DNA from: Candidatus Acidiferrales bacterium
GTDB lineage: Bacteria > Eisenbacteria > RBG-16-71-46
Length of the DNA stretch: 43,809 bases
Direction: 5' to 3'
NCBI GenBank assembly: GCA_035500415.1
Contig: DATJXF010000009.1
Location: 1-43,809, forward strand
This document shows, piece after piece, positions 8,807 through 18,116 of the stretch (within the stretch, counting starts at the first letter, position 1; every line of letters begins with the position of its first letter). The translations under genes were made by a program, and so were the position numbers. The notes under the pieces were generated by a model. It was not told the origin of the DNA, ran no database searches, and worked only from the letters and a program-made list of their open reading frames with translations.

Positions 8807-9920
8807 TCGCCGCGGCGGGCTCGTCGCGCCGCGCGTAGGTGCGCACGACGCGGTAGAGCGCGTCGCGCTGTACCGGCGTCTTTCCCGCTTCGCGGATCAG
8901 GTGGACCATGCCGGCCTCGGCGAGCCCCACGGGACTGCGCGCGAGCGCGGCGTGCGCGATCTTCTCGTGACCGATCGTGCCGTCCATGTCGGAAGCGCCG
9001 AAGTTGATCGCGGCCGCGGCGGTGTCCTGCCCGAGCATCACCCAGTAGCTCTTCACGTGCGGCACGTTGTCGAACACCAGCCGCGAGATCGCCACGGTCT
9101 TCAGGTCCGTGATCGCGGACGCCTGGCGGCGCACGAGCCCGGTCACGCCGGGCTGGAACGCGAGCGGGATGAACGCGAAGAAGCCCGGCGCGCGGCGCTC
9201 CAGCTCGCGCAGCTCGATCACGTGCTGCACGCGCTCGGCGGGCGTCTCGATGTGGCCGTAGAGCAGCGTCGCGTTGCTCGGGATGCCGAGCCCGTGCGCG
9301 ACCTCGTGGATCTCGAGCCAGCGCTTCGCACCGATCTTCTGGTGGAAGAGCTCGCGCCGCACGCGCTCGCTGAACACCTCGGCGCCGCCGCCGGGCAGCG
9401 CGTCCAGGCCCGCGGCCTTGAGCTCGGTCAGCACCCAGTCGGCGGGCTTCTTCGTGAGCCGGCAGAAGAAGTCGATCTCGACCGCGGTGTAGGCCTTGAC
9501 GCTCAGATCGGGCTTCTTCTCCTTCACCCAGCGGATGATCTGGACGTAGTCGTCGAACCGCCACTTGTTGTGCAGCCCTCCGACGATGTGGATCTCGGTG
9601 ATCTCGGGATCGACGTGCGCGAGGATCTCCTCGCGCGTCATGGTGTACGCGCCGGGATCGTTCGGCTTCTTCGCGTAGTCGCAGAACTTGCACGCGAGCA
9701 CGCAGACGTTGGTGGGATTGAGCTGGCGGTTGACCGTGAAGTAGACGCGGTCGCCGTGGCGGTCGCGCGCCACCGCGTCGGCGAGGCGGCCGAGCTCGAG
9801 GACGGGCGCATCGAACAGCCGCACGCCTTCCTCCTGCGAGAGCGATTCGCCGGCGAGCAGGCGGGAGCGGGCGGCCTCGACCAGCGGGTCGCGCAAGCGG
9901 AGTTCGGAAACGTGGCTCAC
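8796..9920 (-). CDS. mqnE: radical SAM futalosine-pathway enzyme, most like aminofutalosine synthase MqnE (MqnC not excluded)
   Basis: The real start is probably the GTG at 9920 (VSHVSELRL...), 8 nt after GAGGA. It has a CxxxCxxC cluster (NVCVLACKFCDY), GGAEVFSERVR, LLYGHIETP, FDNVPHVKSYWVMLG and SDMDGTIGHEKIAHAA. The upstream part of ORF 8796..10583 is Arg/Ala-rich shadow sequence. Confidence 0.8.
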   Translation of the reverse strand: MSHVSELRLRDPLVEAARSRLLAGESLSQEEGVRLFDAPVLELGRLADAVARDRHGDRVYFTVNRQLNPTNVCVLACKFCDYAKKPNDPGAYTMTREEILAHVDPEITEIHIVGGLHNKWRFDDYVQIIRWVKEKKPDLSVKAYTAVEIDFFCRLTKKPADWVLTELKAAGLDALPGGGAEVFSERVRRELFHQKIGAKRWLEIHEVAHGLGIPSNATLLYGHIETPAERVQHVIELRELERRAPGFFAFIPLAFQPGVTGLVRRQASAITDLKTVAISRLVFDNVPHVKSYWVMLGQDTAAAAINFGASDMDGTIGHEKIAHAALARSPVGLAEAGMVHLIREAGKTPVQRDALYRVVRTYARRDEPAAASVA

Positions 9921-10131
9921 GATGGGAGTCCTCGAAATCGTGCGGATGCGCGCGGCGGCGGCGCGAGAATAGCAACGGCCCGGTCGGGCGTCATGTCGTC
10001 GACCGCTCGCGAACCGGCGTCCGCCGCTCGTGCGCCGCCGTTCGCCGAACTCCCCGCGACCGCGCGCGGCGCGGCGTGCACGATGGGTCCGAGTCGCTTC
10101 GCTCCATGCCCATTTCGAGAGGAGACGCCCC

Positions 10132-11175
10132 GTGGCACCCGCCGACCTCGCGCCCGAACCGTTCGATCCCGCGACCGCGTCCGAGTCCACGTTCGTGACC
10201 CTGCATGCCTTCACGTCCCGCCTGCGCGCGGAGTTCATGCCCGACGACCCGCCGACGCCGCTCGCCGAGGCGATCGCGGTCTGGCGCGCCAGCGGGGAGC
10301 TGGGACACGTCGAGACCTGGCTGCTTCGCGACGGCGACGCGATCGTGGCGCGCGGCCAGGTCGGCTGGGCGCGCTCGGGCCCGAACCCGCACATCGCGAC
10401 GGTGCAGCTCGACGTGGACGCGCCCCTGCGGCGGCGCGGCCTCGGGGCCGCGCTGCTCGCGCCGATCGCCCGCACGATGCGTGCGGCCGAACGCACGTCG
10501 TTCGTCGCGACCACGCTCGGGAGCGCGCCCGGCGGCGGCGCGTGGCTCGAACGCATGGGTGCGACCCGCGGGCTCGAGACCACCGCGACGCAGTTGCGGC
10601 TGGACGCGCTCGATCGCGACCTCCTGGCGGCGTGGATCGCACGCGCCGATCGCGATGCGTTCGAGCTCGGCTACTGGGACGGCCCATACGCCGAGGCCGA
10701 CCTGGACGCGATCGCCGCGCTCCACGAGGTGATGGGCACGCAGCCGATGGGCGCGCTCGCGGTCGCGCACGCCCGCCCCACGCCGGCCGAGCTCCGTCAG
10801 GACGAAGCCGCGATGGTGCCGCGCGGCACCCGGCGCTGGACCGCATGGGTGCGCGAGCGATCGAGCGGGCGGTTCGCGGGATTCACCGAGCTCACGTGGC
10901 GGCCGAGCGCTCCCCACGTGCTGAACCAGGGCAGCACGGGCGTGTTCCCGGAGTTCCGCGGGCGGGGCCTCGGGGCGTGGCTCAAGGCCGCACTGCTCGA
11001 TCGCGTGCTGCGCGAGCGACCCGAGGCGCGTTGCGTGCGCACGACCAACGCCGACGTCAACGCGGCCATGCTCCGCATCAACCGCGCGCTCGGCTTCGCG
11101 CCGTACATGGCGCGCACGGTGTGGCAGGCCGATCTCGCGGTCCTCGAGGCCTGGCTCGCCGGGCGCGCGTCGTGA
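10132..11175 (+). CDS. GNAT family N-acetyltransferase (apparently two tandem GNAT-like halves)
   Basis: GTG at 10132 follows GAGAGGAGA. It carries two acetyl-CoA-type motifs, RRRGLGAALL and FRGRGLGAWLKAALL, and ends NAAMLRINRALGF. Substrate unknown. Confidence 0.65.
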   Translation: MAPADLAPEPFDPATASESTFVTLHAFTSRLRAEFMPDDPPTPLAEAIAVWRASGELGHVETWLLRDGDAIVARGQVGWARSGPNPHIATVQLDVDAPLRRRGLGAALLAPIARTMRAAERTSFVATTLGSAPGGGAWLERMGATRGLETTATQLRLDALDRDLLAAWIARADRDAFELGYWDGPYAEADLDAIAALHEVMGTQPMGALAVAHARPTPAELRQDEAAMVPRGTRRWTAWVRERSSGRFAGFTELTWRPSAPHVLNQGSTGVFPEFRGRGLGAWLKAALLDRVLRERPEARCVRTTNADVNAAMLRINRALGFAPYMARTVWQADLAVLEAWLAGRAS

Positions 11176-11251
11176 ACGCCGCGCCCGCCATCGGATCGGC
11201 ACCGCGCCCGCACTGGCCGCATCCAGGCCGTTTCTCTATGCTCATCGCTTC

Positions 11252-13312
11252 ATGGCCTTCCGAAAGCTCGATCGCATGAGCACGCAGACCCCGCGGCGCG
11301 TCCGCCCCGCGCCCGGCGCGCCGACGGCGACGCCCGCCAAGCCGAAGGTTTCGCTGCGCTCGGTGTGGCCGCTCGTCTGGTCGCTGCTGCGGCCCCGGCG
11401 CTGGATGCTCGCGCTCGGCATGGTGCTCATGGCGATCAACCGCGTCTGCGGGCTCGTGCTGCCCGGCTCGTCGAAGTTCCTGATCGACGACGTGCTCGGG
11501 ATGCGCGGCACCCCGAGCACACCGGGCCACGTCTCGGTCGCGGCGCCGCAGGACCTGCTCGACCGCGCGTGGGCGCCGCTGCGGCACGTCGCGCACGTCA
11601 CCGGCATCCCGGCGCCCGGGCCGCATCCCGAGCTGCTGGTGCCGCTCGTCGGCGTGGTCGTGCTCGCGACGCTCGTCCAGGGCGGCACGTCGTTCGCGCT
11701 CACGCAGCTGCTCTCCAAGGAGGCGCAGCGCCTCATCGCCGAGATGCGCCGACGCGTGCAGACGCACGTCTCGAAGCTCCCGGTCGGCTACTACGACGCG
11801 AACAAGACCGGCGCGCTCGTGTCGCGGATCATGAACGACGTCGAGGGCGTGAGGAACCTGATCGGCACCGGACTCGTCGAGTTCGTGGGCGGGCTCCTCA
11901 CCGCCGCGCTCTCGTTGTTCGTGCTGCTCCAGCTCAACTTCGTCATGACCGCGCTCACCGCGGCCGTGCTCGTCAGCTTCACGCTGGTCCTGAACCGCGC
12001 CTTCGCGGTCATGCGCCCGATCTTCCGCGAGCGCGGCCGCATCACCGCCGAGGTGACCGGCCGGCTCACCGAGTCGCTCGGCGCCGTGCGCACCGTGAAG
12101 GGCTACCACGCCGAGCAGCGCGAGCAGGGCGTGTTCGCGGGCGGCGTGCAGAAGCTGCTCGACAACGTGCTCGCGACGCTCACCGCGCAGTCGGTCATGC
12201 AGCTCTCCTCGTCGCTGCTGCTCGGCTTCGTCGGCGCGCTCATCATGTTCGTCGGCACGCGCCACATCCTGGGCGGCACGCTGACGCTGGGCGGCTACTT
12301 CTCGTACACCATGTTCCTCGGCTTCCTGATCGCGCCCGTCTTCCAGGTCGTCGCGATCGGCACGCAGCTGACCGAGGCGATGGCGGGGCTCGAGCGCACG
12401 CGCGAGGTGCTCGCCGAGCTGCCCGAGGACACGGATCCCAGGCGCGTGGCGCGACTCGAGCGGCTGCGCGGCGCGGTCGCGTTCGAGCACGTCGACTTCG
12501 CGTACGAAGCCGACAAGCCGGTGCTGCAGGACGTCTCCTTCAGCGCCGAGCCCGGCACCGTGGTCGCGCTCGTCGGCTCGTCGGGCTCGGGCAAGAGCAC
12601 GATCATCGGCCTGCTCGCGGCGTTCCACGTGCCGCAGGCCGGGCGCGTCGTCGTCGACGGCGTCGATCTCTCGACGGTGCGACTCGAGACGTTCCGCACC
12701 CAGCTCGGCGTCGTGCTCCAGGATACGTTCCTGTTCGCGGGCACGATCCGCGAGAACGTCGCGTTCTCGCGCCCCGATGCGACCGACGACGAGATCGCCG
12801 AGGCGTGCCGCATCGCGCGCGTCGACGAGTTCGCGAACCGCTTCCCCGAGGGACTCGACACCATCGTCGGAGAGCGGGGCATCAAGCTCTCGGGCGGCCA
12901 GCGCCAGCGCGTCTCGATCTCCCGCGCGATCCTCGCCGATCCACGGCTCCTGATCCTCGACGAAGCGACGTCGAGCCTCGACTCCGAGAGCGAGGCGCTG
13001 ATCCAGGAGGGCCTCTCGGCGCTCATGCGCAACCGCACGACGTTCGTGATCGCGCACCGGCTCTCGACGATCCGCCGCGCCGACCAGATCCTCGTCGTGG
13101 AGGAGGGCCGCATCATCGAGCGCGGCAACCACGCGCAGCTCTACGCGCTCGGCGGCCGCTACCGCGACCTCTACGACCGCCAGCACGGACTCGAGCAGAA
13201 CCTCTTCCTCGCGCCCGGCGAGGGCGACAGCGTGCCCGACGCCGAGGGGCGCGCCGCGCGCGGCGCGGCCGTGCCCGGCATGCTCGATCTGATGCAGGGA
13301 AGAGGGCGGTAG
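11252..13312 (+). CDS. ABC transporter, fused permease/ATP-binding (type I exporter, MsbA-like)
   Basis: N-terminal 6-TM domain followed by an NBD with Walker A (GSSGSGKST), signature (LSGGQRQR), Walker B (LLILDEATS) and H-loop (IAHRL). Alternative start ATG at 11276. Confidence 0.9.
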   Translation: MAFRKLDRMSTQTPRRVRPAPGAPTATPAKPKVSLRSVWPLVWSLLRPRRWMLALGMVLMAINRVCGLVLPGSSKFLIDDVLGMRGTPSTPGHVSVAAPQDLLDRAWAPLRHVAHVTGIPAPGPHPELLVPLVGVVVLATLVQGGTSFALTQLLSKEAQRLIAEMRRRVQTHVSKLPVGYYDANKTGALVSRIMNDVEGVRNLIGTGLVEFVGGLLTAALSLFVLLQLNFVMTALTAAVLVSFTLVLNRAFAVMRPIFRERGRITAEVTGRLTESLGAVRTVKGYHAEQREQGVFAGGVQKLLDNVLATLTAQSVMQLSSSLLLGFVGALIMFVGTRHILGGTLTLGGYFSYTMFLGFLIAPVFQVVAIGTQLTEAMAGLERTREVLAELPEDTDPRRVARLERLRGAVAFEHVDFAYEADKPVLQDVSFSAEPGTVVALVGSSGSGKSTIIGLLAAFHVPQAGRVVVDGVDLSTVRLETFRTQLGVVLQDTFLFAGTIRENVAFSRPDATDDEIAEACRIARVDEFANRFPEGLDTIVGERGIKLSGGQRQRVSISRAILADPRLLILDEATSSLDSESEALIQEGLSALMRNRTTFVIAHRLSTIRRADQILVVEEGRIIERGNHAQLYALGGRYRDLYDRQHGLEQNLFLAPGEGDSVPDAEGRAARGAAVPGMLDLMQGRGR

Positions 13313-13325
13313 CGCCCGCCCCGCA

Positions 13326-16034
13326 CTACATCCCGAAGTGGTGCGAGACCTTGACCAGGAAGATGTTGTTGGGCTGGGTCGCCGCGAGCGTGGAGAACGA
13401 CGGCGCGAAGTCGAAGTCCCCATCGCCCGTCGTCACGGTGCGGTCCTGCGTCCACACGACGTAGATCGTCGAGCCGGGCACGTACTCCCAGCGCAGCACG
13501 GCGTCGCCGCGAATGGTGCGGTAGGTGAAGTCGGGATGGCCGATCTCGAACGCGGCCATCGGGCCCGCACCGTCCGGATCGGCGAAGTAGTTGGTGCCGT
13601 CGTAGGTCAGCGTCGAGCCGTCGTCGCGCCCGTAGACGATGAAGTCGTACGTGTCGGGTTGCGCGAGCTCGCGGTAGTTCGTGTAACGCCCCGATGAGAC
13701 GAGTGGCTGCGCGAACACCTGGATGCTGAGGTTGGTCGTGAGCGAGCAGTCCATGCGGAGCTGGGCGCCCACCGTCTGCTGGTCGAGGTGCGCGAACACG
13801 TAGTGCCCGCCGGTCGCGAGCGCGAGCGGATCGACCTCCTGCGTCACGTACTGCGCGTCCTGGCGGTTGTACTCGTACGTCGGGCCGGCGGAGAGCGAGA
13901 GCCGCGACGACGGCTTCCACGTCACGGCCGGCGCGATCGGCACATCGAACGAGCCGGCCTCGTCGCCGTTCGGGCTCACCTCGATCGAGCACGACAGCTT
14001 CGCGCGGCTGTTGCCGCTCCAGAGCGCGTCGGTCCACCACGAGCGCGGATCGAGCATCGCCGGCCCGCCGCGCGTGCGGCGATCGTTGATGTCGTGCGAG
14101 AGGTAACCGCCCGAGAACGTCCAGGTCCACGCGTTCATCTGGTCGAGGTTGGCCTTGAGGAAGTACTGGTTCATGGTCTGCTGCCCGGCGAAGTTCCAGC
14201 CGTCCGCGAGCGCGCCGATCACCCAGAAGTCCTTCGCCCCGGCCCAGGGCCGCTTCCACATGTAGCCGAGCCCGACGTGGTCGTTGATGACGTCCGAGCG
14301 CGAGCCGTAGCCGAGGTCGTTGACCTCGAAGCCCGGCGACATGACGCCGATCGCGGAGTTGCTCATCCACGGCCCGGTCTGGCGGTTGAGCCACAGCCGT
14401 CCGACGTAGCCCGACAGCGACGTCGCGTTGGCGTCGACGCCGAGATCGGGCCGGTCCGGCCGCTGGTAGTAGTGCTGCGGGTCCTCTTCGAGTGCGGCGA
14501 TGCGCGCGGGCGTTCCATCGACCCGTGAGCCCGCCACGTAGCCCGAGAGGACCCAGGTCCGCTTCGCATCGAGCGCGGTCCAGCCGTCCATCGCGGTGAC
14601 GAGCGCGTTGCGGTTGAGCTGGTCCGCGAGCCCGGTCCCGTCGAGTTCGCGCGCCGTCTCGAGCGCCATGAGCCCGAGGCCCTGGTGCTCGTTGTTGTAC
14701 GAATGGATCCCGCGCATCACGCCGTAGTAAGTGAGCGGCTCGACCGCGAGCGTGTGCCGGCTGCCGTCGGGCAGCTCGAAATCGCCGAACTCCTCACGCG
14801 TCACGGCCTGCACCGCGCCGACGTTGAAGCCGGGCGAGGGCTGGCCCGTGAGCTTGAGCGCGCCCAGGATGTGCGTCGCGCCCGGCAGGTGCGAGTAGGT
14901 GGTCGTGTCGGGCAGCGCGCCCTCGGGCGTTCGGCCGATGCGACGCGTGTAGAAGAACGTCGGCTCGGGCCAGTTGAAGTTCCAATAGTCGCTCGCGCCG
15001 TTGTTGCCGCAGCGGAACACCGAGAGCCCCTCGGTGAAGAACGGGCGCTTCTCGTTGAAGTAGGTCTCGGCGTCGGAGAGGTTCACGACCGCGGGATCGA
15101 TCTCGACCTGCCCGAAGTCGGGATTGATCGTGGCGTTGAGCGTGAACTTGGAGCCCACGCCGGTGCGGACGTCGGCGCCGAGCGCGGGCGTGTAGCGCGG
15201 ATCGCTGTTGTAAGGATCGCCGAGATCGTGCGCGAGGTATTCCGCCTTGCCGGTCGAGTACGGCGTCACCTCGACCGTGTGCGTGGTGCGCACGCCGTCC
15301 AGGCCGTCGAGCTCGACGAAACGCGAGACGAACCCGCTCTCGCCGATCGGCGCGTAGACCAGCTTGTCGTCCTCGTGGCAGCGCGAGATGACGCGCTCGA
15401 AGTCGATGCCCCACACCATGTGATCGCCGCCGCGCGAGCGCATCTGCGAGAACGGAATGCGCATCTCGGCGGTCCAGCCGAGCGAATCGCGGTGCGTGCG
15501 CGCGCTCCACACGCCGTCCCACGAGTCGTCGCTCCAGTCGTCGTTCATGAGCGTGCCGTCGAGCTCCGTGCCGGCCGCGCTCACCAGGAAGTAGTAGCCC
15601 GTGCGCCGGTCGTGGAACGTGTCGAAGGCGACGCCGAACTCGTCCGAGCCGCTGTCGTTGTCGCGCCGCGAGAGCCGCGCGACGATCGAATCCGGCCGGC
15701 GATCGTACATGCGCGCGCCGACATAGATCGCCTCGTCGTCGTACGCGACGCGCACTTCGGTGCGCTGCGACGGCTCCTCGCCCTGGTCGGGATCGGCCTG
15801 CTGGAGCTGGACGACCGCGTTGTCGCTCTGCCAGACCGGCTCATCGAGGATGCCATCGATCACGATCGGCTCACTCGCCCGCACGGCGTGCACCGCGTCG
15901 GCAAACTGCGGACGCCTGGGCCGAGGCGGGCCGGCCGTGCTCGCGCCCGGCCCGGGCGGCGCGTCGGCGCGGGCGATCGGGCAGGCGCTCGCGCAGACAA
16001 TGAGCAGCGTGAGCGCGGCGGGGATCGGACGCAT
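13326..16034 (-). CDS. secreted CBM9-like / DUF5916 family protein (probable outer-membrane associated)
   Basis: Start taken at the ATG at 16034 (MRPIPAALTLLIVCASACPIARA signal peptide). An IDGILDEPVW CBM9/DOMON-like N-terminal module is followed by a long beta-rich region. This is a family call from memory of the DUF5916 architecture. Confidence 0.7.
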   Translation of the reverse strand: MRPIPAALTLLIVCASACPIARADAPPGPGASTAGPPRPRRPQFADAVHAVRASEPIVIDGILDEPVWQSDNAVVQLQQADPDQGEEPSQRTEVRVAYDDEAIYVGARMYDRRPDSIVARLSRRDNDSGSDEFGVAFDTFHDRRTGYYFLVSAAGTELDGTLMNDDWSDDSWDGVWSARTHRDSLGWTAEMRIPFSQMRSRGGDHMVWGIDFERVISRCHEDDKLVYAPIGESGFVSRFVELDGLDGVRTTHTVEVTPYSTGKAEYLAHDLGDPYNSDPRYTPALGADVRTGVGSKFTLNATINPDFGQVEIDPAVVNLSDAETYFNEKRPFFTEGLSVFRCGNNGASDYWNFNWPEPTFFYTRRIGRTPEGALPDTTTYSHLPGATHILGALKLTGQPSPGFNVGAVQAVTREEFGDFELPDGSRHTLAVEPLTYYGVMRGIHSYNNEHQGLGLMALETARELDGTGLADQLNRNALVTAMDGWTALDAKRTWVLSGYVAGSRVDGTPARIAALEEDPQHYYQRPDRPDLGVDANATSLSGYVGRLWLNRQTGPWMSNSAIGVMSPGFEVNDLGYGSRSDVINDHVGLGYMWKRPWAGAKDFWVIGALADGWNFAGQQTMNQYFLKANLDQMNAWTWTFSGGYLSHDINDRRTRGGPAMLDPRSWWTDALWSGNSRAKLSCSIEVSPNGDEAGSFDVPIAPAVTWKPSSRLSLSAGPTYEYNRQDAQYVTQEVDPLALATGGHYVFAHLDQQTVGAQLRMDCSLTTNLSIQVFAQPLVSSGRYTNYRELAQPDTYDFIVYGRDDGSTLTYDGTNYFADPDGAGPMAAFEIGHPDFTYRTIRGDAVLRWEYVPGSTIYVVWTQDRTVTTGDGDFDFAPSFSTLAATQPNNIFLVKVSHHFGM

Positions 16035-16269
16035 GCTCGAAGCTCCGGGACGGACCGGTCGGGTTCTGGAGGTTTGACGCCCGGGGCAGCGCCGCGGTTG
16101 GCAGACTCCTGCCACCGGCGCGTCGAACTCTGCCTACGGCCTCACGCTCGCCCGGGTTGCGCCGGGCCGCACGTTGCCGCGGCGGACGCCCCGCGCGAAA
16201 GCGCGGGCGGACGAACGCGGGCCGGTTGCGGACGAGAGTGGGCGGCGGCGGGCCGCAACGGCGCCGCTC

Positions 16270-17196
16270 TTACTCGCGGGGCCCGTCGGGCCGCGCGAGC
16301 GCAGCGGCCAGCGCCGCGGCGACGCGCGCGTTGTGGAGCAGCAGCGCGCGATTGGCGCGCACGCTCGCACCGTCGGTTCCCGCGCGCATGCGCTCGAGCA
16401 GGAACGGCGTCACCGCGCGGCCGCGCACGCCGGCCGCGGCCGCGGCGGCCAGCGCCTGCTCGAGCGCGCGCTCGGAGTGCCCGGCCGGCAGCTCGTCCGC
16501 GGCGGGAATGGGATTCGCGACCAGTACGCCGGTGCCGCCGCCCAGAGCGAAGTGCTCGCGCACCGCGGTCGCGAGCGCCGCCACGTCGCCGAAACCGCGG
16601 TCGACCGGCAGCCCGCTCGAGCGCGCGTAGAAGGCGGGGAACTCGTCGGTCTGCCAGCCATAGACCGGAACGCCGAGCGTCTCGAGCATCTCGACCGTGC
16701 GCGGCAGGTCGAGGATCGCCTTGGCCCCGGCACACACGACCGCGACTGGAAGGCGCGCGAGCGCGGTCAGGTCGGCGCTCACGTCGCCGGACTGCGCGGC
16801 GCCGCGATGGACGCCGCCGATTCCGCCGGTCGCGAACACGGCGATGCCGGCGCGGTTCGCCGCGAGCATCGTCGCCGCCACCGTGGTCGAGCCCGACTCG
16901 CCCGCCGCGAGCACGGCGGCGAAGTTGCTCAGGTTGAGCTTCGCCACGCCTGGCGTCGTCGCGAGCCGCTCGAGCTCGCCGGACCCGAGCCCGACGCGCA
17001 GCTCGCCCGCGATCACGCCGATCGTCGCGGGCACGGCGCCGTGCGCGCGCACTTCGGCTTCGAGCTCGAGCGCGACGTGCACGCCGTCGGGGTGCGGCAG
17101 CCCGTGCGTCACCACGGTCGTCTCGAGCGCGACGACGGGCCGCCTCGCGGCGAGCGCGCGCGCGACCTCTTCGGAGCAGGTCAGGCGCGGGCTCAC
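16270..17196 (-). CDS. psuG: pseudouridine-5'-phosphate glycosidase
   Basis: GTG at 17196 overlaps the psuK stop (GTGA). VALETTVVTHGLPHP, TTVAATMLAA, VFATGGIGGVHRG, DVSADL and VVCAGAKAILD blocks are present; 308 aa. Confidence 0.9.
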   Translation of the reverse strand: MSPRLTCSEEVARALAARRPVVALETTVVTHGLPHPDGVHVALELEAEVRAHGAVPATIGVIAGELRVGLGSGELERLATTPGVAKLNLSNFAAVLAAGESGSTTVAATMLAANRAGIAVFATGGIGGVHRGAAQSGDVSADLTALARLPVAVVCAGAKAILDLPRTVEMLETLGVPVYGWQTDEFPAFYARSSGLPVDRGFGDVAALATAVREHFALGGGTGVLVANPIPAADELPAGHSERALEQALAAAAAAGVRGRAVTPFLLERMRAGTDGASVRANRALLLHNARVAAALAAALARPDGPRE

Positions 17197-18116
17197 GCCG
17201 GCGCTCCCGCGCCGAACCACGCGCGCAGGCGCGCCTCGGCGTCCGCGCGCGTCGCTTCGAGCAGCGCGGCCGGGCCCCACGCGGCGAGCGCGAAGCTCGC
17301 GCCCACGACGCCGCGGTGCACGGCTTCTTCGGCGTCCCGGCCCGCGAGGATCGCGGCGAGGAACCCGGCGGCGAACGCATCGCCGGCTCCGGTCGGATCG
17401 ACGATGCCGTCGGTGCGAGCGGCCCACTCGCTCACCCGATCGGCGCGCGCGTCGTAGAGCAGTCCGCCGCGCAGGCCGCGCTTGAACGCGACGTAGCGCA
17501 GCCGCCCGCCCGCGAGCCGGCGCAGCGCAGCGTGCGGATCGGTCGAGACGCCGTCCAGGCGCAGCTCGTCCTCGCTCGGGAAGAACGCGTCGACGCCCGC
17601 GAGCACGTCGTGCCACGCGGGCAGCGTCGCTTCGGTCACGAGCTCGTGCGGATCCACGGAGACGAACGCGCCGTGCGCGCCGAGCGCTTCCACCTGCCGG
17701 CGCTGCACCGCGAGCGGCATCGGCGCGAGGTGGAACGCGCGCGCGCTGCGCCATGCGGCCGGCACCTGGGCGGGCTCGGGCGAGACGTCCGCGTGCGTGG
17801 GCCCGCCCAGCCGGTGGACGACGCGGCGCACGCGCCCCTCGTAGAGGAGCCACGTGCGCACGCCGGGGCGGCCGAGCGGCGTCACGCCGTCGAGCGCGAT
17901 GCCGCGCCTGGCAAGCGCATCGAGCATCGCGACCGGGTAGTCGGTGCCCTGCAGGCTCACGCAGCCGACGCGCACGCCCCAGAGCGCGGCGGCGAGCGAG
18001 GCGTAGAGGATCGCGCCGCCCGCCTGGCCCATGCGCGTGTGGCCATCCGGGAACACCAGATCGTCCACGAGCAGGTTGCCGAGCAGCACGAGCTCGGGCG
18101 CGATCGTCGCGCTCAT
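17193..18116 (-). CDS. psuK: PfkB-family carbohydrate kinase, probably pseudouridine kinase
   Basis: ATG at 18116 overlaps the btpA stop (ATGA). PfkB signature DPTGAGDAFAAGF is present. The specific substrate is inferred only from coupling to psuG. Confidence 0.7.
   Translation of the reverse strand: MSATIAPELVLLGNLLVDDLVFPDGHTRMGQAGGAILYASLAAALWGVRVGCVSLQGTDYPVAMLDALARRGIALDGVTPLGRPGVRTWLLYEGRVRRVVHRLGGPTHADVSPEPAQVPAAWRSARAFHLAPMPLAVQRRQVEALGAHGAFVSVDPHELVTEATLPAWHDVLAGVDAFFPSEDELRLDGVSTDPHAALRRLAGGRLRYVAFKRGLRGGLLYDARADRVSEWAARTDGIVDPTGAGDAFAAGFLAAILAGRDAEEAVHRGVVGASFALAAWGPAALLEATRADAEARLRAWFGAGAPA

Noticed and set aside
12621-12634. GTTCCACGTGCCGC inside the ABC transporter gene, as a third parS.
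   Set aside because: Only the left half-site matches and the right half is unrelated.
11078-13423. Very long ORFs on the opposite strand or in alternate frames of real genes. Examples are 11078..13423(-) 781 aa, 14685..16937(+) 750 aa, 17753..19897(+) 714 aa, 21414..23612(+) 732 aa, 37096..39360(+) 754 aa, 41425..43728(-) 767 aa and 8514..11279(+) 921 aa.
   Set aside because: Their translations are monotonous Arg/Ala/Gly/Pro-rich sequence with no family motifs. Each overlaps a gene with clear homology-type motifs on the other strand or frame. These are typical shadow ORFs caused by stop-codon scarcity at this GC content.
16190-16207. cccgcgc-gaaa-gcgcggg hairpin downstream of psuG, as an intrinsic terminator.
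   Set aside because: The 7-bp stem has no U-tract on the relevant (minus) strand, so it cannot be told apart from background GC palindromes.
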